A stretch of DNA of 64,000 nt, taken from contig DBCN01000140.1 in assembly GCA_002293065.1 (NCBI GenBank), forward strand, positions 464 to 64,463, in the 5' to 3' direction. Positions 36,775 to 47,318 of this stretch are shown here, one piece after another; the stretch's first letter is position 1; every line of letters begins with the position of its first letter. This DNA is from Opitutia bacterium UBA957 (GTDB lineage Bacteria > Verrucomicrobiota > Verrucomicrobiia > Opitutales > UBA953). The notes beneath the pieces were generated by a model that saw nothing but the letters and a program-made list of their open reading frames with translations, was not told where the DNA came from and made no database searches. Position numbers and translations under genes: made by a program.

Positions 36775-38553
36775 ATGCAGAATTTCGCGAGCCAGTGCCT
36801 GGACCAGACCAAGGCCCTCCTCAAACTCAACTTAGGTTCCATCTCCGCCGATGGGTCGGTCACTCCCGTCCCCGGCGAAGTTTCCCGCGCCGATGAGCCG
36901 GGCCACGCCGCCTTGGCCTTTGGCGAGTATTACCGGGCGACCGGTGAGCTCACCTTGGACCGAAACAACATCCCCGAGATCGTTGCCCGCGCCATCACCG
37001 CCCAAGTCCGCCTCTCCCAGGGCTCCGACAACGGGATGGCGTTCGCCTGCCTCGGCTTGCTGGCCTTTGGCCCGACCCGCGAGCGTAACCCCGTGTGGGA
37101 AATCCTGGATGAAGCGACCCGAAACCTGATCGACGAACGTCTCGCGGTCACCGGCGACCACCACGACCACGTCCAGGCCTTCGACATCGCCAAGGCCGTC
37201 TGCCGTTTCTCGTTTGGCCTGACCAAGAAGGACGAAACCGGCGCTTTGGTGGACCGCTTCGTCGACCGCATCACCGCGGCCTCCACGGGCGGTTTCCACG
37301 ATGACGCGTCGCGTCAGTCCAACCCCGACAACTTCGGCGGTGCCTTCGACCTCTATGGCGTGGTCGCCCTGATCTTCATCCGCCAGGCACTGCAGCTGCA
37401 CGCGAACATCCAGCTGCGCGACTCCAAACTGCCCAAGCTTCGGACGCACGCGGAGAAGTACCTGCGCGTCATCCTCGAGACCGTCCGCGAGGATGGGCTC
37501 GGTTGGTGCTTCGGTCGCGGCATCGGCTCCTATGGCCAGATGCACTGCATCACCCTCTTGCTGCAGGCGCTCCGCGATCGGTGGATCGCCGTGGATAAGG
37601 AACCGCTCGCCCGCGACTTGGTGCGTCGCCTCTACGCCAACTTCTTCACGACGTTCTTCGATGCCGAACACGGCCTGATCGTGATCCGCGACGGCGAACG
37701 CGACACCATCCCGGGACACACCACGCGCATGGCGAACTTCGACGCCGCGCGGTACCTCTCCCAGTGGTCGCGTCTCGCCAAGACCGTCGGCGGCACCATG
37801 GACGTGTTCCGCCCCGCCTCCAAGCAGGCCGTCTGTCGCCTCTACTCCTTGGACAAGACCCCGCGCAAGGAACAGGGTCTCCTCTCCTATTCCGATCCGG
37901 CGTCCGGCCTGCACGTCATCCTGCCCGTGTTGTCGAATGGCGCGCACAAGTTCTCCGACTCGCTCGCGTTTCCGCACATGCCGGGCGTGATGGATTGGCC
38001 CGCCAACCTGTACACTTCCCCGTTCATTCCGGAATACACGATCGCCGACCGCGTCTACACGCCCTCCTTCTACGGCAAGAACCTGCAGGTGGCCATGGGG
38101 ACCAAGGCCGGCACCTATCACTTCCGCTACGAACAGCCCGACCTCATCGACAAGGACGAGAAGCTTTCCGCCGGGGTCGCCAGCCTGAAGGTGGACTGGG
38201 AACTGAACGGTGGCCGCATCGTCGGCCGCTTCACGCTCATCCCCAAGGCCGCGGTGACGCTCGAGAACTTCCGCTTGGTGCTCCCGATTGCCGCCACGCA
38301 TTCGCGCATGACCCCAGGCAACGCCCAGATCCTCGGCCCGGAGTCGCATCGCTGCGAAGTCCTCAAGGATGACTTCCACGGGGAATGGCTGGAGACCAAG
38401 GTGGTCAGCGAAGACCCCAAGCATCGCACCTGCTGGGGCAAGATGCACTTCTACCAGATCCTCGAGCGCAATAAGCCGTTGGCCCTGCGGGTCGGCACGC
38501 CTTACACGTTCGAGATCGCCTTCCAGCCGGACATCATCCGCGCCGGCGGTTGA
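36775..38553 (+). CDS. hypothetical protein, no signal peptide, family not recognised
   Basis: Long ORF with coding-like composition. The start is at ATG 36775 (MQNFASQCLDQTK); the track starts at GTG 36730. It is followed by a good intrinsic terminator. The N-terminal two thirds look helical and the C-terminal third beta-rich. Confidence 0.65.
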   Translation: MQNFASQCLDQTKALLKLNLGSISADGSVTPVPGEVSRADEPGHAALAFGEYYRATGELTLDRNNIPEIVARAITAQVRLSQGSDNGMAFACLGLLAFGPTRERNPVWEILDEATRNLIDERLAVTGDHHDHVQAFDIAKAVCRFSFGLTKKDETGALVDRFVDRITAASTGGFHDDASRQSNPDNFGGAFDLYGVVALIFIRQALQLHANIQLRDSKLPKLRTHAEKYLRVILETVREDGLGWCFGRGIGSYGQMHCITLLLQALRDRWIAVDKEPLARDLVRRLYANFFTTFFDAEHGLIVIRDGERDTIPGHTTRMANFDAARYLSQWSRLAKTVGGTMDVFRPASKQAVCRLYSLDKTPRKEQGLLSYSDPASGLHVILPVLSNGAHKFSDSLAFPHMPGVMDWPANLYTSPFIPEYTIADRVYTPSFYGKNLQVAMGTKAGTYHFRYEQPDLIDKDEKLSAGVASLKVDWELNGGRIVGRFTLIPKAAVTLENFRLVLPIAATHSRMTPGNAQILGPESHRCEVLKDDFHGEWLETKVVSEDPKHRTCWGKMHFYQILERNKPLALRVGTPYTFEIAFQPDIIRAGG

Positions 38554-38574
38554 CGCCGGGAACCGTCAATGACC

Positions 38575-38603
38575 AAGGCTTCGGGCTGCCCGAGGCCTTT
38601 TTT
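38575..38603 (+). terminator. rho-independent terminator
   Basis: The stem GGCTTCGGG (38577-38585) pairs with CCCGAGGCC (38589-38597) with one G-U pair. The loop is CTG and the tail is TTTTTT (38598-38603). It lies 22 nt after the stop of the 607-aa ORF. Confidence 0.65.
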
Positions 38604-38671
38604 GTGCCCATTACCGGCCCCTTCTGGGTTGTCCTCAGGCGGGGCGGTTCCCTAGACTGACAGCCTCAGCA

Positions 38672-40213
38672 ATGTCGCGTCCGTTCTACATCACTACCGC
38701 CATCGATTATGCGAATGGCGCCCCCCACCTCGGTCATGCCTATGAAAAGGTCCTCGCGGACGTCTTGGCGCGTCACCACCGCATGCTGGGTGACGATGTC
38801 TACTTCCTGACCGGCCTCGATGAACATGGCCAGAAGGTCCAACAGACCGCCCAGAAGCGCCAGGTCGAGCCCCAGGCCTTGGTCGACGAAGTGGCCGTTG
38901 TTTTCCAGGCGATGCTCGGCCTGCTGAACATCTCGAACGACGACTATATCCGGACGACCGAACCCCGCCATAAGGTGGTGGTGCAGGATTTCCTGCAGAG
39001 GCTCTTCGACAAGGGCCTGATCTTCAAGGCGACCAAAGCGGGTTGGTACTCCGTGCGGCAGGAGCAGTTCCTGAGCGACAAGGACCGCGATGCCGAGGGG
39101 AATTGGCCGGCGATCTTCGGGGAAGTCACCCAGACGACCGAGGAGAACTACTACTTCAAGCTCTCGCAGTTCCAGCCTTGGCTCATCGAGCATCTTCAGG
39201 AAAACCCCGGCTTCATCAATCCCGCGCATCGCCGCAAGCAGGTCCTCGAGTTCCTGAAGGAGCCGTTGAACGACCTGTGCATCTCCCGACCGAAATCTCG
39301 GCTGACTTGGGGCATCGAGCTCCCGTTCGATCGTGACTTCGTCACGTATGTCTGGTTCGACGCGCTCACGAACTACTACTCCGCCGTGGTCGATAAGGGT
39401 CGCTGGCCGGCCGACATGCACGTCATCGGCAAGGACATCCTTTCGCCGCCCCATGCGGTGTATTGGCCCTGCATGCTCAAGGCGCTCGATATCGCGCCGC
39501 CCAAGCAACTGCTCGTGCACGGCTGGTGGACGCTGAACGGCTCGAAGGCTTCGAAGAGCGACGGCAACGCCACCGATAGCCTGAGCTTCGCCCAGAAGTT
39601 CGGCACGGATGCTTTCCGCTATTACCTGTGCCGCGAAATGGTCGTCGGCGAGGACGCGGATTTCTCGTCGCCCAACTTCGCGCAGCGTTACAAGGCCGAC
39701 CTCGGCCATAACCTCGGCAACCTCGTGAACCGCTTGCTCAACATGGTCGGCCGCAATTACGCCGGCACGGTGCCGGCCCCGGGCGCCGATGAGGAGCTGG
39801 AACAGAACCTGCGGAAACTCTGGACGGAGACCGAGCGAAAGTTCTTCGCGTACTTCGCCGAGGCCCAGATCAGCCACGCGTTGGAAGCCCTCTGGGTGTT
39901 CGTGAGCGCGATGAACGCCTACATCGAGGCCCGCGCCCCCTGGAAGCTCGCCAAGTCGGCCGAGGCCGCCGATCGGGCTCGCCTGGATTCTTGCTTGGCC
40001 CACGTCGCCGAAGGCCTTCGCTTGACGGCCACCGTCCTCACTCCGGTGATGCCCAAGACCTGCGAGCAGCTGCTCGTTAACATCGGACTGCCGGTGGCGA
40101 CCGGTTTTGCTTCCGTGCATGCATGGTCGACGGTCTGCACGGGCGCCAAGGTCGCCGAGAAGTGCATCTTGTTCCCTCCGCTGGAGGAGCCGGAAGTCCC
40201 GGCCAAAGCCTAA
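38672..40213 (+). CDS. metG: methionine--tRNA ligase (short form without a C-terminal tRNA-binding appendix)
   Basis: 513 aa. The N-terminus is YITTAIDYANGAPHLGHAY (HIGH-type motif). KASKS occupies the KMSKS position. Confidence 0.95.
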   Translation: MSRPFYITTAIDYANGAPHLGHAYEKVLADVLARHHRMLGDDVYFLTGLDEHGQKVQQTAQKRQVEPQALVDEVAVVFQAMLGLLNISNDDYIRTTEPRHKVVVQDFLQRLFDKGLIFKATKAGWYSVRQEQFLSDKDRDAEGNWPAIFGEVTQTTEENYYFKLSQFQPWLIEHLQENPGFINPAHRRKQVLEFLKEPLNDLCISRPKSRLTWGIELPFDRDFVTYVWFDALTNYYSAVVDKGRWPADMHVIGKDILSPPHAVYWPCMLKALDIAPPKQLLVHGWWTLNGSKASKSDGNATDSLSFAQKFGTDAFRYYLCREMVVGEDADFSSPNFAQRYKADLGHNLGNLVNRLLNMVGRNYAGTVPAPGADEELEQNLRKLWTETERKFFAYFAEAQISHALEALWVFVSAMNAYIEARAPWKLAKSAEAADRARLDSCLAHVAEGLRLTATVLTPVMPKTCEQLLVNIGLPVATGFASVHAWSTVCTGAKVAEKCILFPPLEEPEVPAKA

Positions 40214-40219
40214 CCACCC

Positions 40220-41560
40220 ATGCCGAGCCTCACCGCAGACGACCTCTTGGTCGCCTTAAGCGCAGCCGAGCAGGCGCGGCAAGGTGAAGGCTATATCTGT
40301 TGCACCTTCAAGGTGCCCGAGCTCGACCCGCTCGCGGTGCTGGAGTCGCTCGATGAACCGGCGCCCCGCGGCTATTTCGAGAACCCCTCGCGGCGGCGGG
40401 CGCATGCCGCCGCCAGCCCCATCGCGGAATGGCTGGGAGCAGGTCCGCAACGCTTCCATCAGGCGGACCGCTGGTTGCGGGATCTGTATGCCACCATGAC
40501 GTGCATCGGGGGTGTCCCGCGCGTGATTGCGACCTTCCCCTTCTACCCCGGTGATCAGGCCGAAGCCCAGAAATCCCGGATGTTTCTGCCGGCCTGGCAG
40601 GTGGTCACCGAAGATGGCATCACGACCGTGACCTTGGCGGATAAGGCGACCCCGGGTTGCGCCGCCCGGCTGGCCATCCGCGCCGAACAGTTCCGTCGAT
40701 TCAACTATCGTCCCTCGTCGGCGGCCGTGCGAGCACCGGTGCCGACCGTCCTGAGTGAGGTCGGCGGCAATTGGTTCCCGCCGGCCGTCCAGCGAGCCAC
40801 CGAACTCATCAAGGAAGGCTCCTTCGAGAAGATCGTCCTCACGCGCGCCTTTGATTGGCGTCGGGCCGAACCTTTCAACGCCTACGCCACGCTCCACCGT
40901 CTGCGACGCGCGAACCCCCCTTGCCACGCCTACTTGGTGGACGAGCCCGAAGGGGCTTTGGTTGGGGCTACTCCCGAGACGCTCCTCTCCCTGTTCGACG
41001 GTGAAGTGCGCTCGGAGGCGGTCGCCGGCACCACTCGCCGCGGTGAATCCGCTTCCGAAGACGCCAGCCTCGCCGAAGCCTTGCTCGCCAGCGACAAGGA
41101 CCAACGCGAGCACGGCGCGGTCACCGCTTCGATCCTCCGTCGCTTGCGCATGGTCGGGGTACTGGCCGCGACCTCGCGCGGGGCGGAGTTGCTCCGACTA
41201 GGCAATGTCATGCACCTACGCACGCCCATCGTCGGCACGATGCCGGCGGACCGCCGTTTTCTGGAGGTTGCGGGGGAGCTGCATCCCACCCCCGCGGTGG
41301 GCGGCAAGCCGCGCGATCTCGCCCTTCCCTTCATTCCGGGGTTCGAACCGCATAACCGCGGACTCTACACGGGGGCGGTTGGTTGGGTCGGTGCCGATGG
41401 CCTGACCGGGAAGCTCTTCGTCGCGCTCCGTTGCGCCCGTCTGAAAGGTAATGTCGCCCGGGCGTTCGCGGGCGCGGGTATCGTGGAGGGGTCGGACCCC
41501 GCCTCGGAATCGGCCGAGACCGAGATGAAGCTTCGGACCATCTTGGAGGCGTTGACCTAG
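40220..41560 (+). CDS. menF: isochorismate synthase (chorismate-binding enzyme family)
   Basis: 446 aa. C-terminal motifs are ELHPTPAVGG, NRGLYTGAVGW and FAGAGIVEGSDPASESAETEMK. The assignment to isochorismate synthase rather than another chorismate-utilising enzyme rests on its size and the absence of a partner amidotransferase. Confidence 0.8.
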   Translation: MPSLTADDLLVALSAAEQARQGEGYICCTFKVPELDPLAVLESLDEPAPRGYFENPSRRRAHAAASPIAEWLGAGPQRFHQADRWLRDLYATMTCIGGVPRVIATFPFYPGDQAEAQKSRMFLPAWQVVTEDGITTVTLADKATPGCAARLAIRAEQFRRFNYRPSSAAVRAPVPTVLSEVGGNWFPPAVQRATELIKEGSFEKIVLTRAFDWRRAEPFNAYATLHRLRRANPPCHAYLVDEPEGALVGATPETLLSLFDGEVRSEAVAGTTRRGESASEDASLAEALLASDKDQREHGAVTASILRRLRMVGVLAATSRGAELLRLGNVMHLRTPIVGTMPADRRFLEVAGELHPTPAVGGKPRDLALPFIPGFEPHNRGLYTGAVGWVGADGLTGKLFVALRCARLKGNVARAFAGAGIVEGSDPASESAETEMKLRTILEALT

Positions 41561-41561
41561 C

Positions 41562-41999
41562 ATGGTCGTGGTGGTGCAGCGCGTCCTGAGCGCCTCGGTC
41601 GCGGTCGCGGGCGCCACGGTCGCCCACATCGGACGGGGTTACCTCTTGCTCGTGGGCGTAGGTAAGGAGGACACCCCCGACGACGCGCGCAGGCTCGTCG
41701 CTGAAGTGACCAAGGTCCGGCTGATGGAGGACGCCGAAGGGAAGATGGGTTTGTCGATCAAGGATGCCGCCGGCGCCGTCTTGGCCGTCAGCCAATTCAC
41801 TTTGTTGGCGGATTTCTCCAAAGGCAATCGCCCCTCGTTCAACAAGGCGGCGAAGCCGGATGTCGCCAAGCCCCTCTTCGATCTCTTCGTCCAGGGACTG
41901 GGCGCGGAGCTCGGTCAAGCCGTGCCCACCGGGGTCTTCGGGGCGGACATGCAGGTTTCGCTCGTCAACGATGGGCCGGTCACGGTCGTGCTTTACTAA
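41562..41999 (+). CDS. dtd: D-aminoacyl-tRNA deacylase
   Basis: 145 aa. Motifs are [25 protein letters not shown] and the C-terminal NDGPVT. Confidence 0.93.
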   Translation: MVVVVQRVLSASVAVAGATVAHIGRGYLLLVGVGKEDTPDDARRLVAEVTKVRLMEDAEGKMGLSIKDAAGAVLAVSQFTLLADFSKGNRPSFNKAAKPDVAKPLFDLFVQGLGAELGQAVPTGVFGADMQVSLVNDGPVTVVLY

Positions 42000-42031
42000 A
42001 GCCGTCGATTCCCTACCCCTCTAATCCCCTC

Positions 42032-42790
42032 ATGCTTTCCGTCCGCATCATCCCCTGCCTCGATGTCCATGGCGGCCGCGTGGTCAAGGGCGTCAAGTTC
42101 GAGGAACTCCGCGATGCCGGCGACCCCGTCGCGGTGGCCGCGGCCTACGAAAAGCAGGGAGCGGATGAACTCGTTTTCTTGGACATCACCGCATCGAGCG
42201 ATGAGCGGAAGACGATGGTCGACGTCGTCGAGCGTACGGCCGATCAAGTCTTCATGCCCTTGACCGTCGGCGGTGGTCTCCGTTCGGTTGAGGATATTCG
42301 GACGATGCTCAACGCGGGGGCGGATAAGGTTTCGCTGAACACTTCGGCGGTGAAGGATCCCAACCTCGTGTTGGCGGCCGCCCGTAAATTCGGCAGCCAA
42401 TGCATCGTCGTCGCCATCGACGCCAAGCAGGTCGCGCCCGGCAAGTGGGAGGTTTTCACGCATGGCGGCCGTAACGCCACGGGCCTGGACGCCATCGCTT
42501 GGGCTCGCCAAGTGCATGGCCTCGGCGCGGGCGAAATCCTCCTGACCAGCATGGACCGCGACGGTACGGCCGCCGGTTACGATGTCCCGCTGAACCGCGC
42601 GGTTTCGGATGCCGTGGAGGTGCCCGTCATCGCCTCGGGCGGCGCCGGCAATCTCGACCACTTGGCGCAGGTCCTCAAGGATGGCCGCGCCAGCGCGGTC
42701 TTGGCGGCCAGCATCTTCCACTTTGGCACCTTTACCGTGAAACAGGCCAAGGAATACCTGCGGGCGGCCGGCTTGCCGGTGCGGCTCTAA
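42032..42790 (+). CDS. hisF: imidazole glycerol phosphate synthase cyclase subunit
   Basis: 252 aa. Motifs are [33 protein letters not shown] and SIFHFG. Confidence 0.95.
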   Translation: MLSVRIIPCLDVHGGRVVKGVKFEELRDAGDPVAVAAAYEKQGADELVFLDITASSDERKTMVDVVERTADQVFMPLTVGGGLRSVEDIRTMLNAGADKVSLNTSAVKDPNLVLAAARKFGSQCIVVAIDAKQVAPGKWEVFTHGGRNATGLDAIAWARQVHGLGAGEILLTSMDRDGTAAGYDVPLNRAVSDAVEVPVIASGGAGNLDHLAQVLKDGRASAVLAASIFHFGTFTVKQAKEYLRAAGLPVRL

Positions 42791-42796
42791 GCGATC

Positions 42797-44110
42797 TCAG
42801 GCTGGACGCGACGGGGCTTTCGGCATCACCAGGACCTTGTCGAGGCGATGGTGGTCCATGTCGATGACCTCGAAGATGACGCCCAAAGCTTCGACGCGGT
42901 CGCCTTCCTTGGGAATGCGCCCGAGTGAGCGCATCAAGAATCCAGCAACCGTCGTGAAACTGCCGGTACCTTCCCCCGGGAATTTCCCGATGAGGCCGGT
43001 TTGCTCACGAAAATCCTCCAAGGTGACGACGGCGTCCACGAGCCAGCTGCCGTCTTCGCGGCGGCGGACCGGTTTGGCATGGGTCGTCGGGGTACCTTCG
43101 TTCGGGAGTTCCCCGACCACCGATTCCAGGACGTCATTCAAGGTCACGACTCCGCGTACGCGGGCGAATTCATCGACCACCAGCGCCATGTGGATCTTAT
43201 CCTTCCGGAACTTCTCCAAGAGCTGCGTGGCCGTGTTGTGCGGGGTCACCGTCGGCGCTTCCGTCAGCACGTCCTTGATCGACGCGGCGCCGGCCAGCGA
43301 AAGGTTCGCCCACAAGCGCTTGACGGAGACGACGCCCAGCGGTTTGTCGGGCGAATCCTGAAAGACGGGGAACCAGGTGTGTCCCGAAGCCACAATCTTG
43401 CGCCAGTTGACTTCATCCGGGTCGGCGAGGTTGAGCCAGACGACACGGTTGCTCGGCGTCATCAGTTGTTCGGCCGTCGTTCCGTCCATCGCCAAGGCGC
43501 CATGCACCATGCGGTGCTCGGAGGCATGCAAGACGCCCGAGGCCATGCCTTGGTCGACCATCATGCGCAGTTCATCTTCCGACATCGAATCTTCGGGGGC
43601 CCGGCGTCGACCAAAGATACCGAGCACCAGGTCGGCGGCGAAGCTCAAGGTGCCGACCAAGGGCGACGCCAAAAAGGAGATCACCATCATGGGGCGCGAC
43701 AGCAGGACCGCGAGGCCCTCCGGGTCCGAAAGGCCCAAGCGCTTGGGGACGATTTCGGCGAAGACGATCGTCATCGAACCGATCACGAAAGATACGCTCA
43801 AACGGGAAAAGCCGTCCGCGTTGTCGTGCAGCCACGACCAACTGCTCGCCTCGAGATACGGCTGAAGGTAGGCGGCGAGCGGGGCGCCCCCGAAGGTGGC
43901 GGCGATGATGCTGCCAAAGGTCAGCCCGACCTGGACCGTGGAAAGAAACTTCGAAGGATTGGCGAGCAGTTCGAGGGCGGCTTTGGCGCCTTTGCTGCCA
44001 TCTTCGGCGAGCCGTTGCAGGCGACGCCGGTTGGACGACACCAGCGCCATTTCGGAGAGTTCGAACAATCCGATGGTTGCCCAACAGGCCAAAATCACTA
44101 TGAATTCCAC
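42797..44110 (-). CDS. hemolysin-family / CNNM transporter protein (DUF21-CBS pair-CorC_HlyC)
   Basis: 437 aa. The N-terminal DUF21 TM region contains FELSEMALVSSNRRRL. It also has a CBS pair and a C-terminal CorC/HlyC domain (VEALGVIFEVIDMDHHRLDKV). Confidence 0.9.
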   Translation of the reverse strand: MEFIVILACWATIGLFELSEMALVSSNRRRLQRLAEDGSKGAKAALELLANPSKFLSTVQVGLTFGSIIAATFGGAPLAAYLQPYLEASSWSWLHDNADGFSRLSVSFVIGSMTIVFAEIVPKRLGLSDPEGLAVLLSRPMMVISFLASPLVGTLSFAADLVLGIFGRRRAPEDSMSEDELRMMVDQGMASGVLHASEHRMVHGALAMDGTTAEQLMTPSNRVVWLNLADPDEVNWRKIVASGHTWFPVFQDSPDKPLGVVSVKRLWANLSLAGAASIKDVLTEAPTVTPHNTATQLLEKFRKDKIHMALVVDEFARVRGVVTLNDVLESVVGELPNEGTPTTHAKPVRRREDGSWLVDAVVTLEDFREQTGLIGKFPGEGTGSFTTVAGFLMRSLGRIPKEGDRVEALGVIFEVIDMDHHRLDKVLVMPKAPSRPA

Positions 44111-44189
44111 CCTGCAGGCGTATGGAATGTTCCGAAAACAGTCAAATCCGCTTGTTCACACCCTGACTAACCCTACTTTTCGAATCTTC

Positions 44190-45800
44190 ATGACTCCGCA
44201 TTTTGACGCCATTGTCGTAGGGAGTGGGATTGGCGGGCTCAGTTTTGCGCTCAATTTGGCCAACCGAGGGCATTCCGTCGCCATCGTGACCAAGAAGACG
44301 AGCTCGGAGTCGAACACGAATTGGGCCCAGGGAGGTATCGCGTGCGTCACCGATCAGGCCGATGATTTTCAGAGTCACGTGCAGGATACGCTGTCGGCCG
44401 GTGATGGGCTTTGTGATGGGGACGTGGTGCGGCACATCATCGAGGCTGGACCGGCGCGCGTGGCTGAACTGATCGCGTGGGGCGTCGAATTCGAGAACGG
44501 CGCCGATGGTCGACCCGACCTGGGGCGTGAAGGCGGCCACTCGAAGCGCCGCATCTTGCATGCCCGCGACATGACCGGTCGGGCGATCGAGTCCGCCCTG
44601 CTCCGGGCCGTCGCCCGCCAGCCGAAGGTCAAGATGTTGGAACACCATCTCGCCGTCGATCTGCTGACGAACGCCAAGCTCGGCGGCTGCCAGGTGGGTT
44701 CGGCTGACGACCGCGTCTATGGGTTGCATGTGCTGAACACCCAAGCGGGTCGGGTCGAGACGCTCTCGGCGTTCACGGTCATCCTGGCGACGGGCGGTCT
44801 GGGCCAAGTCTACCAATTCACGACCAATCCCGACATCGCGACCGGCGACGGCATCGCCATGGCCTATCGCGCGGGGGCCGAAGTCCGTGACATGGAGATG
44901 GTGCAGTTTCATCCCACGGCGCTGAAGGCCCCCGACGGCAGTCGGGCTTTGATTTCGGAGGCTGTGCGCGGCGAAGGCGCCATCTTGCGCGACCTTTCGG
45001 GCCGCGCCTTCATGAAGGCTTTCCACCCCCTCGGCGACTTGGCTCCACGCGACATCGTGGCCCGTGCCATCGACTCGGTGATGAAGCGCGATGGCTCGCC
45101 GCATGTGCTCTTGGATGCCACCCAAGTCGCGCCGGGGCATCTTCCCGATCGCTTTCCGCATATCTACGAGACCTGCCGCAAGGCGGGTTTCGATTTGGCT
45201 ACCCAGGCGATACCCGTCGTCCCGGCGGCCCACTACCTCTGTGGGGGGGTTGCGACCGATCTGAGCGGTCAAACGACCATCCGCGGCCTCTTCGCGGTCG
45301 GCGAGGTCGCCTGCACCGGCTTGCATGGCGCCAATCGGTTGGCCTCCAATTCGCTCCTGGAAGCCGTCGTGCTGGCCCATGACGGGGCTTTGGCGGCTGA
45401 AGCGGACATCCGCGAAGCGCACCGCCCTGCCCTTCCCCTGCCGGCCTGGGTGGACGGTTCCGCCGGCGACCCGGATGAGCGCGTCGTGCTCACGCATAAC
45501 TGGGATGAGCTGCGTCGAACGATGTGGGATTATGTCGGCATCGTCCGCTCGACCAAGCGTCTGCAGCGGGCGCGCACGCGTATCGGCACCTTGGCCGACG
45601 AAGTGCGCGAGTACTATTGGAATTTCCGCGTGGAGCCGCGTCTGCTGGAATTGCGTAACCTTATCCAAGTCGCGGAGTTGATCATCGATTGCGCGCTCCA
45701 GCGGCATGAAAGCCGCGGGTTGCACTTCACTTTGGATTACCCCAGCAAACGGCCGGAGGCCCGTCATACTTCCGTCCGCCGTCCGCAGAGCCGGCCATGA
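44190..45800 (+). CDS. nadB: L-aspartate oxidase
   Basis: The start is at MTPHFDAIVVGSGIGGLSFAL (FAD-binding GxGxxG). Further motifs are AQGGIA and RHESRGLHF. 536 aa. The upstream in-frame extension to 43896 overlaps the divergent gene. Confidence 0.93.
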   Translation: MTPHFDAIVVGSGIGGLSFALNLANRGHSVAIVTKKTSSESNTNWAQGGIACVTDQADDFQSHVQDTLSAGDGLCDGDVVRHIIEAGPARVAELIAWGVEFENGADGRPDLGREGGHSKRRILHARDMTGRAIESALLRAVARQPKVKMLEHHLAVDLLTNAKLGGCQVGSADDRVYGLHVLNTQAGRVETLSAFTVILATGGLGQVYQFTTNPDIATGDGIAMAYRAGAEVRDMEMVQFHPTALKAPDGSRALISEAVRGEGAILRDLSGRAFMKAFHPLGDLAPRDIVARAIDSVMKRDGSPHVLLDATQVAPGHLPDRFPHIYETCRKAGFDLATQAIPVVPAAHYLCGGVATDLSGQTTIRGLFAVGEVACTGLHGANRLASNSLLEAVVLAHDGALAAEADIREAHRPALPLPAWVDGSAGDPDERVVLTHNWDELRRTMWDYVGIVRSTKRLQRARTRIGTLADEVREYYWNFRVEPRLLELRNLIQVAELIIDCALQRHESRGLHFTLDYPSKRPEARHTSVRRPQSRP

Positions 45801-46708
45801 AGGTTGCGATCGTCGGCGCGGGCGCGGTGGGCGGTTGGTATGGAGGTCTTTTGGCCTTGGCGGGCCACGCGGTGCACGCGCTCAGCCGCAGCGATCACGC
45901 AGTGCTCTCGCGGCACGGTTTGGTCATGCGGGGCCGGGACGGCGAACGGACGGTGCGCTTCGCGTCGGCTTCGCCGAGCGGCGCGGGTCTTGGGCCGTGC
46001 GACCTCATCGTCGTGGCGGCGAAGGCGACGGCCAACGCGGTCTTACCGGACTTGGTGCGACCGTTGGTCGGTCCGCGCACCGTCTTGCTCACGTTGCAGA
46101 ACGGCATGGGTAACGTCGAAGCCTTCCAGGCGGTCGTGCCGCTCGCTCGGGTGGTCGCGGGCTTGTGTTTCGTATGCATCAACCGCGTCGAGCCAGGGGT
46201 CGTTTCCAATACCCATGCGGGCTATGTCCGAATGGCCGCCGCCGAAGGCCCCATCAACCCGGCGGTCACCCAGTGCGTCGAGGCGTTCAAGGCCGCGGGC
46301 GTGGACTGTCGGGCGGAGGACTCCTTGGAAGCCGTCCTCTGGAAGAAGCTCTGCTGGAATATCCCTTTCAATGGTTTGGCCATCGCGGCGGGCGGCATCA
46401 CGACGGACCTGATCCTGGCCGATCCGGTGCTGAAGGCCCGGGCCCGCCGCCTCATGGAAGAGGTGCGGGTCGCGGCGGCCTTGCGGGGGCATGTCGTCAC
46501 CGAAAAGCACCTGCAGGCGCAGTTCGACGTCACGGAGGGCATGGGTCCCTACCGCCCCTCCAGCCTCATCGATTACCTCGAAGAGCGTGAAGTCGAAGTG
46601 AGCGGCATCTGGGCGGAGCCGCTCCGACGCGGATTGGCCGCAGGCGCCCAAATGCCCGAACTCGCGCTGCTCAAGCAGGAGATCGAAGCGCGGCTCAGGG
46701 CCCGTTGA
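45797..46708 (+). CDS. panE: 2-dehydropantoate 2-reductase (ketopantoate reductase family)
   Basis: 303 aa. The N-terminus is MKVAIVGAGAVGGWYGG. It has an ATGA overlap with the nadB stop and an ApbA-type C-terminal helical domain. Confidence 0.8.
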   Translation: MKVAIVGAGAVGGWYGGLLALAGHAVHALSRSDHAVLSRHGLVMRGRDGERTVRFASASPSGAGLGPCDLIVVAAKATANAVLPDLVRPLVGPRTVLLTLQNGMGNVEAFQAVVPLARVVAGLCFVCINRVEPGVVSNTHAGYVRMAAAEGPINPAVTQCVEAFKAAGVDCRAEDSLEAVLWKKLCWNIPFNGLAIAAGGITTDLILADPVLKARARRLMEEVRVAAALRGHVVTEKHLQAQFDVTEGMGPYRPSSLIDYLEEREVEVSGIWAEPLRRGLAAGAQMPELALLKQEIEARLRAR

Positions 46709-47164
46709 TTACTTCTTCGCAGGAGCCGGGAGGCCCTTGAGGATCGTGGTCACCTCGGCGGTGGCGCGGCTCTCGTTCCAGAAATTGGCGGCCACCGCAG
46801 GTCCGGAATTACCGTCAAACAAACGGCGATTGGACTTATCGAAAAGCGACAGCGAGAGGCTGACTTTGGGGATGTCCGAGCGGTTGTCGGTGCTCTTCTG
46901 GGTTTGCCAGCTGCTGCGGAGCACGGCATCCGCTTCGCCTTCCGTCGCGACGACGGTGAACCCTTGGGCCGACAAGGCGTGCACACCGGCGTCATGGACC
47001 GCGTTGGCGAGGATGTCGGTGGCGTGCAAGGAAGAGGCGGCGACGTCGCGGACGAAGACCTTGGAGACCGGGCCGCGGGCCGCGGGGGTGGCGGTATTGC
47101 AGCCAATGGTGGCGAGGGCGGAGAGTCCGAGAATGGTCAGCAGGGCTAGGCGGGGTAGGTGCAT
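46709..47164 (-). CDS. hypothetical lipoprotein
   Basis: The start is at MHLPRLALLTILGLSALATIGC (lipobox). 151 aa. The longer track ORF to 47254 adds a non-signal extension. Family not recognised. Confidence 0.6.
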   Translation of the reverse strand: MHLPRLALLTILGLSALATIGCNTATPAARGPVSKVFVRDVAASSLHATDILANAVHDAGVHALSAQGFTVVATEGEADAVLRSSWQTQKSTDNRSDIPKVSLSLSLFDKSNRRLFDGNSGPAVAANFWNESRATAEVTTILKGLPAPAKK

Positions 47165-47318
47165 AACTTGTTTATGACTTGGGTTGGCGATTAGACAAGC
47201 AGGGACATGATGGTGGTACCTGGGGGGTCTCCCCCAACGCCGTCTTTCCTGCAATTTCGATGAATTCCCGTCCTGCCACTCCTACCTCCGACCGCCGTTC
47301 GGTGCGCATCCCGCTGTC

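Noticed and set aside
39545-39559. MetRS carries KASKS instead of the canonical KMSKS loop.
   Set aside because: The second position of this loop varies among class I synthetases. I cannot quantify how rare Ala is here without a database, so it is not reported as a finding.
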